Shown piece after piece: positions 37,470-45,601 of a stretch of 64,000 bases of DNA. A program made the position numbers and the translations under genes. The stretch is from Paludibacteraceae bacterium (GTDB lineage Bacteria; Bacteroidota; Bacteroidia; Bacteroidales; Paludibacteraceae). The notes beneath the pieces were generated by a model. The model was not told the origin of the DNA and did no database searches. It saw nothing but the letters and a program-made list of their open reading frames with translations. The stretch lies in contig JBJECK010000036.1 of NCBI GenBank assembly GCA_051870995.1, positions 4,742 to 68,741 of the forward strand, written 5' to 3'. Every line of letters starts with the position of its first letter. Position 1 is the first letter of the stretch.

Positions 37470-38801
37470 ATGAAACGTTTGGTATCTTTTCTATTTGCAT
37501 TGCTGCTCGTAGGGGGCATGACAATGCGGGCAGACGAAACGATAACCGTTTCTGCCAACAGCTCAGACATTTCCGACGGGCTGGATCTCAAAGTGGTAGC
37601 TAAGTTGTTCGCGCAAGCCAAAGACTTGGAAGAATTTGAGACGCTACTCAATAACCCCGACTCCGCTTTCTGCAATTTAGACCTCAACGGAGACGGAATG
37701 GTAGATTATATCCGCGTGGTGGAGACCGGAGAAAGCAACAAGCGGCTGGTGCTGCTCCAAGCCATCTTGGCGAAGGACATCTATCAGGATGTAGCAACTA
37801 TCTACGTAGAGAAATCCGCTGAAGAGAAAGTGTCAGTGCAGGTAGTCGGCGATGAGTATATCTACGGCAAGAACTATATCATCGAGCCCGTCTATGTTTA
37901 TCGCCCGATAATCTATGATTGGTTCTGGGGTCCGACATGGTATGCTTGGTCATCGCCGTGGTATTGGGGATATTATCCGTCTTGGTGGTATGCGCATTCA
38001 CTGTGGGCATATGATGCCTATTGGCACCACTGCTATACATTCCATCACCGCCACCCATATTGCAGTTTCCATTACGCACGCGAGCCGCGCCCGGCTATCC
38101 GTGATATGCGCGCAGGAATCAGCCGGAGGGACTACGCTGCTGCCCACCCCACCCGCTCGTTCGAGCATCGTAACGCAGGGGTAAACAATGTACGAGACAT
38201 GCGCTCTACGCGCACTCAGGTGGCGGCAACACGCAACAGCGCAGCGGGTGTATCTACCCGTCAGGCAGCAACGGGAGCGACACGGTCTTCCGTACACCAA
38301 TCATCTGATGGACAAGCAACGGCAAGCACGCGCAGCACGGCTGCAAGCCGCACCTTCGGAAGCCAAAATACGGCAGCGGCACGCACCAGCACAGCTACCC
38401 GTACAAGTGCCACGACACGTACTGCTTCTGCTGCAACAACACGGACAGGTGCAGCTTCAACAACGACACGCACGCCGGCTTATACAACTACTACAACACG
38501 CACAGCGGCTACAGGTAGCAGCACGCGCACAGCGGCTTCCACGCCGACACGGGTGAACAATTCAGCGGCAACAACTACCACCCGCAGCAATGTCAGTTCC
38601 TCGACGCATACCCGTAGTACATACAACGGCAGTTATAATGCGCCTGCAACGACACGCAGCAGCTACGATAGCGGTAGCACACGTAGCACCGGCAGCTACA
38701 ACCATGGCGGCAGTTACGGCGGTAGCACACGCAGCAGTGGCAGTTATGGTGGAGGTAGCACACGTGGAGGTGGATATAGTGGCGGAAGTACACGCAGGTA
38801 A
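37470..38801 (+). CDS. Secreted protein with an EF-hand-like loop, an extreme Trp/Tyr/His block and a long R/S/T/A/G/Y low-complexity tail
   Basis: The signal peptide is MKRLVSFLFALLLVGGMTMRA and the DxNxDGxxD loop is DLNGDGMVDY. The aromatic block is IYDWFWGPTWYAWSSPWYWGYYPSWWYAHSLWAYDAYWHHCYTFHHRHPY. A tail of about 220 aa made of TR/STR/SYGG units follows. Confidence 0.6.
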   Translation: MKRLVSFLFALLLVGGMTMRADETITVSANSSDISDGLDLKVVAKLFAQAKDLEEFETLLNNPDSAFCNLDLNGDGMVDYIRVVETGESNKRLVLLQAILAKDIYQDVATIYVEKSAEEKVSVQVVGDEYIYGKNYIIEPVYVYRPIIYDWFWGPTWYAWSSPWYWGYYPSWWYAHSLWAYDAYWHHCYTFHHRHPYCSFHYAREPRPAIRDMRAGISRRDYAAAHPTRSFEHRNAGVNNVRDMRSTRTQVAATRNSAAGVSTRQAATGATRSSVHQSSDGQATASTRSTAASRTFGSQNTAAARTSTATRTSATTRTASAATTRTGAASTTTRTPAYTTTTTRTAATGSSTRTAASTPTRVNNSAATTTTRSNVSSSTHTRSTYNGSYNAPATTRSSYDSGSTRSTGSYNHGGSYGGSTRSSGSYGGGSTRGGGYSGGSTRR

Positions 38802-38825
38802 TATGTATCTATACGAAAGAATAAA

Positions 38826-38858
38826 AAGAGGGTGTAGCGTTTATGCCCTCTTTTTTTG
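38826..38858 (+). terminator. Intrinsic terminator
   Basis: The stem aagaggg/ccctctt is followed by a T7 run. Confidence 0.6.
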
Positions 38859-38902
38859 TGTGTGATTTGCGCCTCAAAATTGTATATGTAAAAAAAAAGT
38901 TG

Positions 38903-38910
38903 TACCTTTG
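38903..38910 (+). promoter_or_regulatory. -7 promoter box (TAccTTTG)
   Basis: tacctttg lies 23 nt upstream of the ATG at 38933. Confidence 0.5.
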
Positions 38911-38932
38911 CGAATTGTTTAGCTGAAAATAT

Positions 38933-40249
38933 ATGTTTGAACTGATAGCGGTAATAGCGAGTTTTGTAGTACAGAGCAACAAAGAGGTTTCTGCAGAAGG
39001 TATACTGCCGGAAAACTCCACAGCGAGTTACCATTGTTCGTACAAGAAAGGACAACTGACGGCAGGCAATACGGCGACGTTAACACTCTCGGGGTGGGAA
39101 AACATAGATATTCAAAGTGTCAAACTATCGATGAAATCAAACAAAGCCGCAGGAGCAGGGTCCTTGGAAATGAGAGTGGACGATAAGCCAGTTTGGGCTA
39201 TCTTAGATAGCGGCTTCGACAATTGGTACGGTTCGTACTCTTCTGATTATGTACCTATTGTGCATTCGTTTTCTCCCGCTGTGCGCACTACCGACGGAGC
39301 TATTACAATTACCATCTCGGCGTCTCAAAACTCGCTGTATATTGCCGGTTACGAGATTGCTTATACCAAAGCGGCACCACGGCCATACGAAGTTTCTCTC
39401 ATGGCAGGGACGAGCACTCCCGCTCAGGTGCTTACCGAATCTGTTGCGGGGTCCGGCGTCCTCCTGCCTTCGCTCCCCGACGAAGTGGGCTGGTGGTTTA
39501 TCGGCTGGAGCGAGTCTCCCGTCAACCGAACAGCCCAAAAGCCCGATATACTGCCTGCCAGCGAACGTTTTTATCCGCATTCGGACACTCGTCTTTGGGC
39601 GGTTTATACAGATTATATCGTTTCTGTTTCCGACATGCGCCAGTGCGTGGATTTACAATCAGATTATTACATAATGGCGTATCCTATACTGGACAAGGCT
39701 TTTGCCGGTCCGGTGGAAAACGCCACCCTGCCCGTGGCAGATATCCGACTGACTCACGTTGAGGGAGAAGGCTGGTATGAATGCCAATTCGGTCAAAATA
39801 ACGACTGGGTGTACTATATTGATTTCGCTGCCGATAGTACGGCGTCTATTGTCCATGCGGGAACAGGCACCCACGTGGGCTACAATGCCACTCACAATGC
39901 CCTTTCGCGCGACAACGTGCGGTGGCGATATCGGCTATTGGCTGATACTACAGTGGCTTTCTATACCCCCGATAACGACAGCACGGTGGCAACTCTTTGG
40001 GTGACGACACCGGGCCTCGGCGAGTGGGAGGGCAAACTATTGCCTGGGATAAACGCCCGCAAGTTGCAGAAGCAGACTCTCCTCTATAAAGCCGCATTGC
40101 AACCTGATTTTGTATATTATACTTCTTACCCGAACGGTACGGACATTGTCCGTGTGCGCGAAGACAACGCCGCTGAAACGGTGATGCCGTTCGGTATATA
40201 TGAACTCTATATCCGTGACGGAAAAAAGAAAATAAAGTTGCGTAATTGA
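38933..40249 (+). CDS. Hypothetical protein, probably exported, co-transcribed with DPP-IV
   Basis: 438-aa ORF with a promoter box just upstream and its stop 1 nt before the DPP-IV start. A GWWFIGWSESP segment resembles the Listeria-Bacteroides repeat GYxFxGW. I cannot make a firm family call. Confidence 0.5.
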   Translation: MFELIAVIASFVVQSNKEVSAEGILPENSTASYHCSYKKGQLTAGNTATLTLSGWENIDIQSVKLSMKSNKAAGAGSLEMRVDDKPVWAILDSGFDNWYGSYSSDYVPIVHSFSPAVRTTDGAITITISASQNSLYIAGYEIAYTKAAPRPYEVSLMAGTSTPAQVLTESVAGSGVLLPSLPDEVGWWFIGWSESPVNRTAQKPDILPASERFYPHSDTRLWAVYTDYIVSVSDMRQCVDLQSDYYIMAYPILDKAFAGPVENATLPVADIRLTHVEGEGWYECQFGQNNDWVYYIDFAADSTASIVHAGTGTHVGYNATHNALSRDNVRWRYRLLADTTVAFYTPDNDSTVATLWVTTPGLGEWEGKLLPGINARKLQKQTLLYKAALQPDFVYYTSYPNGTDIVRVREDNAAETVMPFGIYELYIRDGKKKIKLRN

Positions 40250-40250
40250 T

Positions 40251-42308
40251 ATGAAGACTTTCAGATTTGTTTCGACGATGTGCTTGCTGGCAGTGTCTAT
40301 GTGGCTGCATGCCGACTTGCTCTCCGACCTGTTGGACGGCGACTACAACGCACATACCATGACTACCGAGCAGCAGGACAGCGTGTTGGGGAACGTGCCG
40401 CAAGGGCGTTTCCGCTTGGAATACGAAAACAAGCAGACACTCTTCCGACATTCGTTCCTCGCCGACTATTATATCGTGGACAACCAAAAACATACGCGTA
40501 CGCACCTGAGCGACACCCTTGTACGCGACGCACTGCTTTCGCCGGACGGGCGCTATATTGCCTTCGTCAAGGGCAACAACCTCTACCTGCACAAGTTGGA
40601 TTTCGGCACGGAGGTTGCCATCACAACAGACGACAATTCGCAGATATTCAATGGATTGACCGACTGGCTCTACGAGGAAGAGTTCGGCGTTACAGCCCTG
40701 TTTGCCTTCTCGCCGGACTCCAAGCAACTGGCTTTCGTCCGTTTCGACGAGACTGAAGTGCCAACCTTCGAATGGCAGGAGTTTTTGGGCGGCACCTACC
40801 CCGCCAAAGACTCGCTTCGTTATCCGAAAGCAGGCGAGCCCAATGCCAAAGTGAGCGTATGCGTCTATGATATCAAGACCAAGACCATACGCACGATGCA
40901 GACGCACGATGCAGACGAGGATGTCTATCTGCCCCGCTTGCGCTGGACCAATCCGCAGCAGCATGGCAAAGAAATGAGGCCTGCCGATTTGGCGGTGCTC
41001 AAACTCAACCGAGACCAAACCAAAATGGAAGTGCTGCTTTGCAACCCGCGCTCCACGGTGACGCGCTTGCTCTACAAAGAGGAGAGCCGCGACTATTTCA
41101 TTGACTACGAACTATTCGACCAATGGCGCTGGTTGTCCGACAACCGTATGATTATCCTCAGCGAGAAAAGCGGCTGGCGGGCAACGTATCTCTATTCCGC
41201 ACAAGGCATACAGCAACAGCAGCTGACCAAAGACGGCGTAGATATTACGGCACTCTACGGTTTCAACGAAGCTACGCAAACCCTCTTCTACCAACAGGCT
41301 ACATCTCCTATAACGCGGCAGGGCATGGCGATGAATATCAAGCGGGGAACGGTCGTACCACTTACCGACAACGACGGAACGCACGACCTTACTTTCTCCC
41401 ATGATTTCCGCCAAATGATTGATTGCTACCAGAGCCTCAACACACCCAACCGCTATTCCCTCTATTCGCTCGCGAAAGACGCTGCGCCCAAGTTGCAGAG
41501 TGTGCTCTTGGACAACAGCGACCTTACCCGGCAGTGGGCTGCACTCAACTTGCCCGAGAAAGAGTTCTTCTCTTTCGCTACTGAGCACGGCGACCGGCTC
41601 AACGGCTATATACTCAAGCCCAAGCATCTACAAGCAAACCGGCGCTACCCCGTCGTGCAGCTGCAGTATTCCGGCCCGCAAAGCCAACGCGTGCTCAACC
41701 GTTGGCGCAAACGATGGGAGTATTATCTCGCCGACCAAGGCTATGTCGTCGTTTGTGTGGACGGGCGCGGTACCGACTGCCGCGGGCGCGCTTTCCGCAA
41801 TGCCTCGTATATGCAACTCGGCCTCGTTGAGGCGCAAGACCAGATTGCCGCCGCCCGATATGTACAAACACTCCCGTTTGTGGACGATCAGCGCCTATGC
41901 ATATGCGGCTGGAGCTACGGAGGATTCCAGACTATCATGACTATGTCCCAACCCGATAGTCCCTTCCGTTGTGGCATTGCTATTGCACCTGTTACCGACT
42001 GGAGGTTCTACGACACCGCCTATGCCGAGCGATATATGCGACGACCGCAGGTGAACGAAGCAGGCTATCAAGCGGCAGATCTCGTCGCGCGGGCGGAGCA
42101 GCTCAACGGGCAACTGCTCATCGTTCATGGGCTCGCGGACGACAACGTACATGCGCAGAATACGCTCCTTTATGTGGACGCTCTCGTACAAGCAGGAAAG
42201 CAGTTCGACATGCAGATTTACCCCGACGACAACCACTTCCTAAAGAAGCGCGGCAACTACCTGCACCTCCATCAGAGCCTGATGCGATTCCTGAGAAACA
42301 ACCTGTAA
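40251..42308 (+). CDS. Dipeptidyl-peptidase IV (S9B serine peptidase)
   Basis: A signal peptide and beta-propeller N-terminal half are followed by the catalytic GWSYGG, a later Asp and the His of DDNVH. Confidence 0.9.
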   Translation: MKTFRFVSTMCLLAVSMWLHADLLSDLLDGDYNAHTMTTEQQDSVLGNVPQGRFRLEYENKQTLFRHSFLADYYIVDNQKHTRTHLSDTLVRDALLSPDGRYIAFVKGNNLYLHKLDFGTEVAITTDDNSQIFNGLTDWLYEEEFGVTALFAFSPDSKQLAFVRFDETEVPTFEWQEFLGGTYPAKDSLRYPKAGEPNAKVSVCVYDIKTKTIRTMQTHDADEDVYLPRLRWTNPQQHGKEMRPADLAVLKLNRDQTKMEVLLCNPRSTVTRLLYKEESRDYFIDYELFDQWRWLSDNRMIILSEKSGWRATYLYSAQGIQQQQLTKDGVDITALYGFNEATQTLFYQQATSPITRQGMAMNIKRGTVVPLTDNDGTHDLTFSHDFRQMIDCYQSLNTPNRYSLYSLAKDAAPKLQSVLLDNSDLTRQWAALNLPEKEFFSFATEHGDRLNGYILKPKHLQANRRYPVVQLQYSGPQSQRVLNRWRKRWEYYLADQGYVVVCVDGRGTDCRGRAFRNASYMQLGLVEAQDQIAAARYVQTLPFVDDQRLCICGWSYGGFQTIMTMSQPDSPFRCGIAIAPVTDWRFYDTAYAERYMRRPQVNEAGYQAADLVARAEQLNGQLLIVHGLADDNVHAQNTLLYVDALVQAGKQFDMQIYPDDNHFLKKRGNYLHLHQSLMRFLRNNL

Positions 42309-42355
42309 TAAACGAATAAACCTCTTATAGACTCATTTTAATACAAAACAATATC

Positions 42356-43606
42356 ATGTCAAAACAACGTAACATCTTACCCATCGTGGTAATGTTTTTG
42401 CTCTTCTTTATGATTGCCTTCGTAACCAACTTTGCCGGTTCCATGGGCGTCATTGTTAAGAATCAGTTCGGTGCAAGCAATGCCATGGCGCAGCTGGGCA
42501 CATTGGCGAACTTTATCGCATATGCCGTGTTGGGCGTACCCGCAGGCATCATCCTCAAGCGCAAAGGCTACAAGTTCACCTCCTTGCTGGCTGTCTCTGT
42601 CGGCTTCGTCGGAGTCGCTATCCAGTGGCTCAGCGGATATGCCGAGAGCTTCGGAGTCTATGTGCTCGGCGCTTTTGTCGCAGGGCTCAGTATGTGCTTG
42701 CTCAATATAGTGGTCAATCCCATGCTCAATACACTTGGAGGAGGAGGAAAAAGGGGCAACCAGCTGGTGCAGTTCGGTGGATCATGCAACTCTATCGGAG
42801 GCACAATCGCACCCGTGCTCCTCGGCTACCTCATCGGAGGAGAAGCCGCTACTGCACAAGTTAAAGACGCCGCACCCGCTATGATTATTGCATTGGTCAT
42901 CTTCCTGCTCGCTTTCCTCATTATCGCGCTCACCAATATACCAGAGCCGCATATACAGACTCCCGAGCAACGAGCTGTCGAACGAGCTAACAAGGACAAA
43001 TACAGCCCGCTCTCCTTCCGACATTTCGTCTTGGGAGCACTCGCCATCTTCTTCTATGTCGGTGTCGAAGTAGGTATTCCTAATACAGCCAATCTCTATA
43101 TGTCCGGCAATCCCAGCGTAGGACCCGCTATTGCAGGCACCGTCATCGCTGTCTACTGGCTGCTCATGATGGTCGGACGACTTCTCGGAGGAGCTATCGG
43201 AGGAGAAGTCTCTAGCAAAACCATGCTCGCTACCGTCGCATCACTCGGAATCCTACTCCTCCTCGGCGTCATGCTCCTACCCGAAACATGCGTCGTCTCC
43301 TTCAGCGGTACACAACTACCCGTCAGCATGATACTTATGGCACTCTGCGGACTATGCACATCCGTCATGTGGGGAAGCATTTTCAACCTCTCCGCTGAAG
43401 GACTCGGCAAATACACACCAGCTGCCAGCGGCATCTTCATGGCGCTCGTTTGCGGGGGGGGGATCATGCCTTTCCTCCAGAACCTACTCGCAGACCACAC
43501 CTCCTACCTCTTCTCATACATCGTACCGGTACTATCCCTCGCATACATACTCTTCTACGCTCTCGTCGGCAGCAAAAACGTTAACACAAATATACCTACC
43601 GAATAA
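42356..43606 (+). CDS. Sugar MFS transporter, FucP/GluP (FHS) type
   Basis: 416 aa and 12 TM segments. The sequence FLLFFMIAFVTNFAGSMGVIVKNQFG...FIAYAVLGVPAGIILKRKGYK is typical of fucose or glucose/galactose:H+ symporters. Confidence 0.8.
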   Translation: MSKQRNILPIVVMFLLFFMIAFVTNFAGSMGVIVKNQFGASNAMAQLGTLANFIAYAVLGVPAGIILKRKGYKFTSLLAVSVGFVGVAIQWLSGYAESFGVYVLGAFVAGLSMCLLNIVVNPMLNTLGGGGKRGNQLVQFGGSCNSIGGTIAPVLLGYLIGGEAATAQVKDAAPAMIIALVIFLLAFLIIALTNIPEPHIQTPEQRAVERANKDKYSPLSFRHFVLGALAIFFYVGVEVGIPNTANLYMSGNPSVGPAIAGTVIAVYWLLMMVGRLLGGAIGGEVSSKTMLATVASLGILLLLGVMLLPETCVVSFSGTQLPVSMILMALCGLCTSVMWGSIFNLSAEGLGKYTPAASGIFMALVCGGGIMPFLQNLLADHTSYLFSYIVPVLSLAYILFYALVGSKNVNTNIPTE

Positions 43607-43754
43607 CAATACAAACCTGCTAAGTACCAAAACTGCCAACAAAACGGCATCACAACAAAGAGTACTGTAACGAAATACACCTCGCAGAGCAGGATGCATT
43701 AGTGAGGTGTATTAAATAGAATAAGTCAGGCTATCAGCAACTATTTAACTATCG

Positions 43755-44159
43755 TCAGCACTGGACGAAGAACGGATCGAAGAGCTTGCCCAACGCCGAG
43801 CGAACACCATCGTTGATAACGAAACTCTGCACCAACGAGATATTGTCACCCTCTACGCCGCAACGGCTCGACAGAAAGATAGGATAGCTCTCCGCTTTCG
43901 AGGCATCATTCGCCCAATGCATCGGCTGCAAATTCATAATATCGTTGATTGCCTCTTCCGGTACATGGTGACGCTCCAATAGAGAAAGAGGACAAATATG
44001 GTCTATCACCCAGCCGAAATTACTGCTCCTATCGCCGTACTTATCGCGAGTTATCCACGCACCACACGCATCCTTGCGGAATTTGGCAGGGTCATACCCC
44101 TTTACTACATGTGCTTTCTCCCATACCACTTCGATAATGTCTTTGTCAAACTCTTTCAT
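43755..44159 (-). CDS. Small stand-alone HNH endonuclease-family protein
   Basis: 134 aa from the ATG at 44159. The HNH core is GWVIDHICPLS...NLQPMHWANN-like. Confidence 0.6.
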   Translation of the reverse strand: MKEFDKDIIEVVWEKAHVVKGYDPAKFRKDACGAWITRDKYGDRSSNFGWVIDHICPLSLLERHHVPEEAINDIMNLQPMHWANDASKAESYPIFLSSRCGVEGDNISLVQSFVINDGVRSALGKLFDPFFVQC

Positions 44160-44323
44160 AATACTTTCTTTTTTAAGGTTAATACTTATATTGTGTGGTC
44201 TTCGTTGGCAAAGATAATCATTTAGGAGCAAATATGCAATAGCTACACATTGGATTTTGTCAAATTATTCACTATCTGTTATTCCCATGTTGCATTTTTA
44301 ATTTATCTTTCTGTTCTGCAACA

Positions 44324-44353
44324 TAAAAATGCCCCCGAAAGCGGCAGGGGCAT
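44324..44353 (-). terminator. Intrinsic terminator of fcl
   Basis: The - strand reads atgcccc-tgccgctttcg-ggggcat followed by ttttt. Confidence 0.6.
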
Positions 44354-44368
44354 CAAATATCCTATGGC

Positions 44369-45310
44369 TTATCTCTCCGCACGCATGGGGTTGTGGAGGA
44401 AGTCGGCATAGGCGAGGCGAATGCCGTCTTCGAGTTCGGTTTTGTATGTCCAGCCCAAAGCCGTTGCTTTGGATACATCCAAGAGTTTGCAGGGTGTGCC
44501 GTTGGGGCGCGTGGTATCCCAGAGGATTTGCCCTTCGTAGCCAATGACCTTGGCGACGAGTTCCGTCAGTTGCTTGATAGTCAGTTCTTTGCCTGTTCCT
44601 GCATTGACGGTCTCGTTGCCGGAGTAGTGGCTCATCAAGAATACACAGAGGTTGGCAAGGTCGTCCACATAGAGGAACTCGCGCAAGGGTGAGCCGTCGC
44701 CCCAACAAGTAACCGACTCGGCGTGCGCCTCCTTCGCCTCGTGGAAGCGGCGGATGAGGGCAGGGAGTACGTGGGAGTGCTCGGGGTGGTAGTTGTCGTT
44801 GGGTCCGTAGAGGTTGGTGGGCATGACGGAGATATAGTCAGTACCGTACTGGCGGTTGAGGAACTCGCAGTATTTGAGTCCGGAAATCTTAGCCAAGGCA
44901 TACGCCTCGTTGGTCTTCTCCAACTCTCCGGTGAGGAGGCAACTCTCCGTCATAGGCTGCGGGGCAAGGCGCGGATAGATACAAGACGAGCCAAGGAACT
45001 CCAATTTCTTGCAGCCGTTCTGCCACGCGGCGTGGATGACGTTCATTTCGAGTATCATGTTGTCGTACATAAAGTCGGCGAGGGCGTTTTGGTTGGCAAC
45101 AATGCCCCCCACTTTCGCCGCGGCGAGGAAGACGTACTCCGGCTTCTCCTGCGCGAAAAACGCCTCTACCGCATCCTGACGGCAAAGGTCCAACTCCTTG
45201 TGCGTGCGCGTGATGATATTGGTGTAGCCCTGACGCTGCAACTCGCGCACAATAGCAGAGCCCACCATTCCACGGTGACCCGCTACGTATATCTTGCTTT
45301 GTTTCTCCAC
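44369..45310 (-). CDS. fcl: GDP-L-fucose synthase (GDP-4-keto-6-deoxy-D-mannose 3,5-epimerase/4-reductase)
   Basis: IYVAGHRGMVGSAIVREL...VFLAAAKVGGI...SSCIYP...YALAKI are present. The start is GTG at 45310. Confidence 0.95.
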   Translation of the reverse strand: MEKQSKIYVAGHRGMVGSAIVRELQRQGYTNIITRTHKELDLCRQDAVEAFFAQEKPEYVFLAAAKVGGIVANQNALADFMYDNMILEMNVIHAAWQNGCKKLEFLGSSCIYPRLAPQPMTESCLLTGELEKTNEAYALAKISGLKYCEFLNRQYGTDYISVMPTNLYGPNDNYHPEHSHVLPALIRRFHEAKEAHAESVTCWGDGSPLREFLYVDDLANLCVFLMSHYSGNETVNAGTGKELTIKQLTELVAKVIGYEGQILWDTTRPNGTPCKLLDVSKATALGWTYKTELEDGIRLAYADFLHNPMRAER

Positions 45311-45324
45311 AATAACAGTTAAAT

Positions 45325-45347
45325 AGTTAATAATTAATAGTTAATAT
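45325..45347 (-). promoter_or_regulatory. 23-nt A/T box atattaactattaattattaact (second copy), 14 nt upstream of the fcl GTG start
   Basis: The reverse complement of 45325..45347 is identical to 7165..7187. Confidence 0.8.
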
Positions 45348-45356
45348 TTCATTGCG

Positions 45357-45499
45357 GCACTCGGTATCGGTGCGGTATTGTCCCGGTATCGGTTCGTGAA
45401 TCACCCACTAATCACATACTAATCACCCACTCTTGGCTCGGCATCGTCTCGGTATCGATTCGGTAATCACCCGATAATCACCCGATAATCACCCGATAA
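45357..45499. repeat. 11-nt-period degenerate tandem array (13 units) in the gmd-fcl spacer
   Basis: The units read gcactcggtat cggtgcggtat tgtcccggtat cggttcgtgaa tcacccactaa tcacatactaa tcacccactct tggctcggcat cgtctcggtat cgattcggtaa, then tcacccgataa x3. There is no register slip. Confidence 0.9.
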
Positions 45500-45601
45500 A
45501 GACAGGTAAGGGACTCGGGGAAGAATAGAAGGGAGTCAGATGCCGCTGCGCGGTGGGACGTGCAGGAGCAGCGTCCCTCCATCGAGGTAACCGGCAGATA
45601 C

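Noticed and set aside
38188-38865. Multiple ORFs on both strands within the 3' half of the 37470..38801 gene.
   Set aside because: They are by-products of the ACN/CGN-rich repeat DNA that encodes the T/R/S tail. None has an independent start context.
45357-45499. The tandem arrays could be CRISPR arrays.
   Set aside because: The units are only 11 nt and directly abut one another with no spacers. There are no cas genes, and the units are degenerate rather than conserved.
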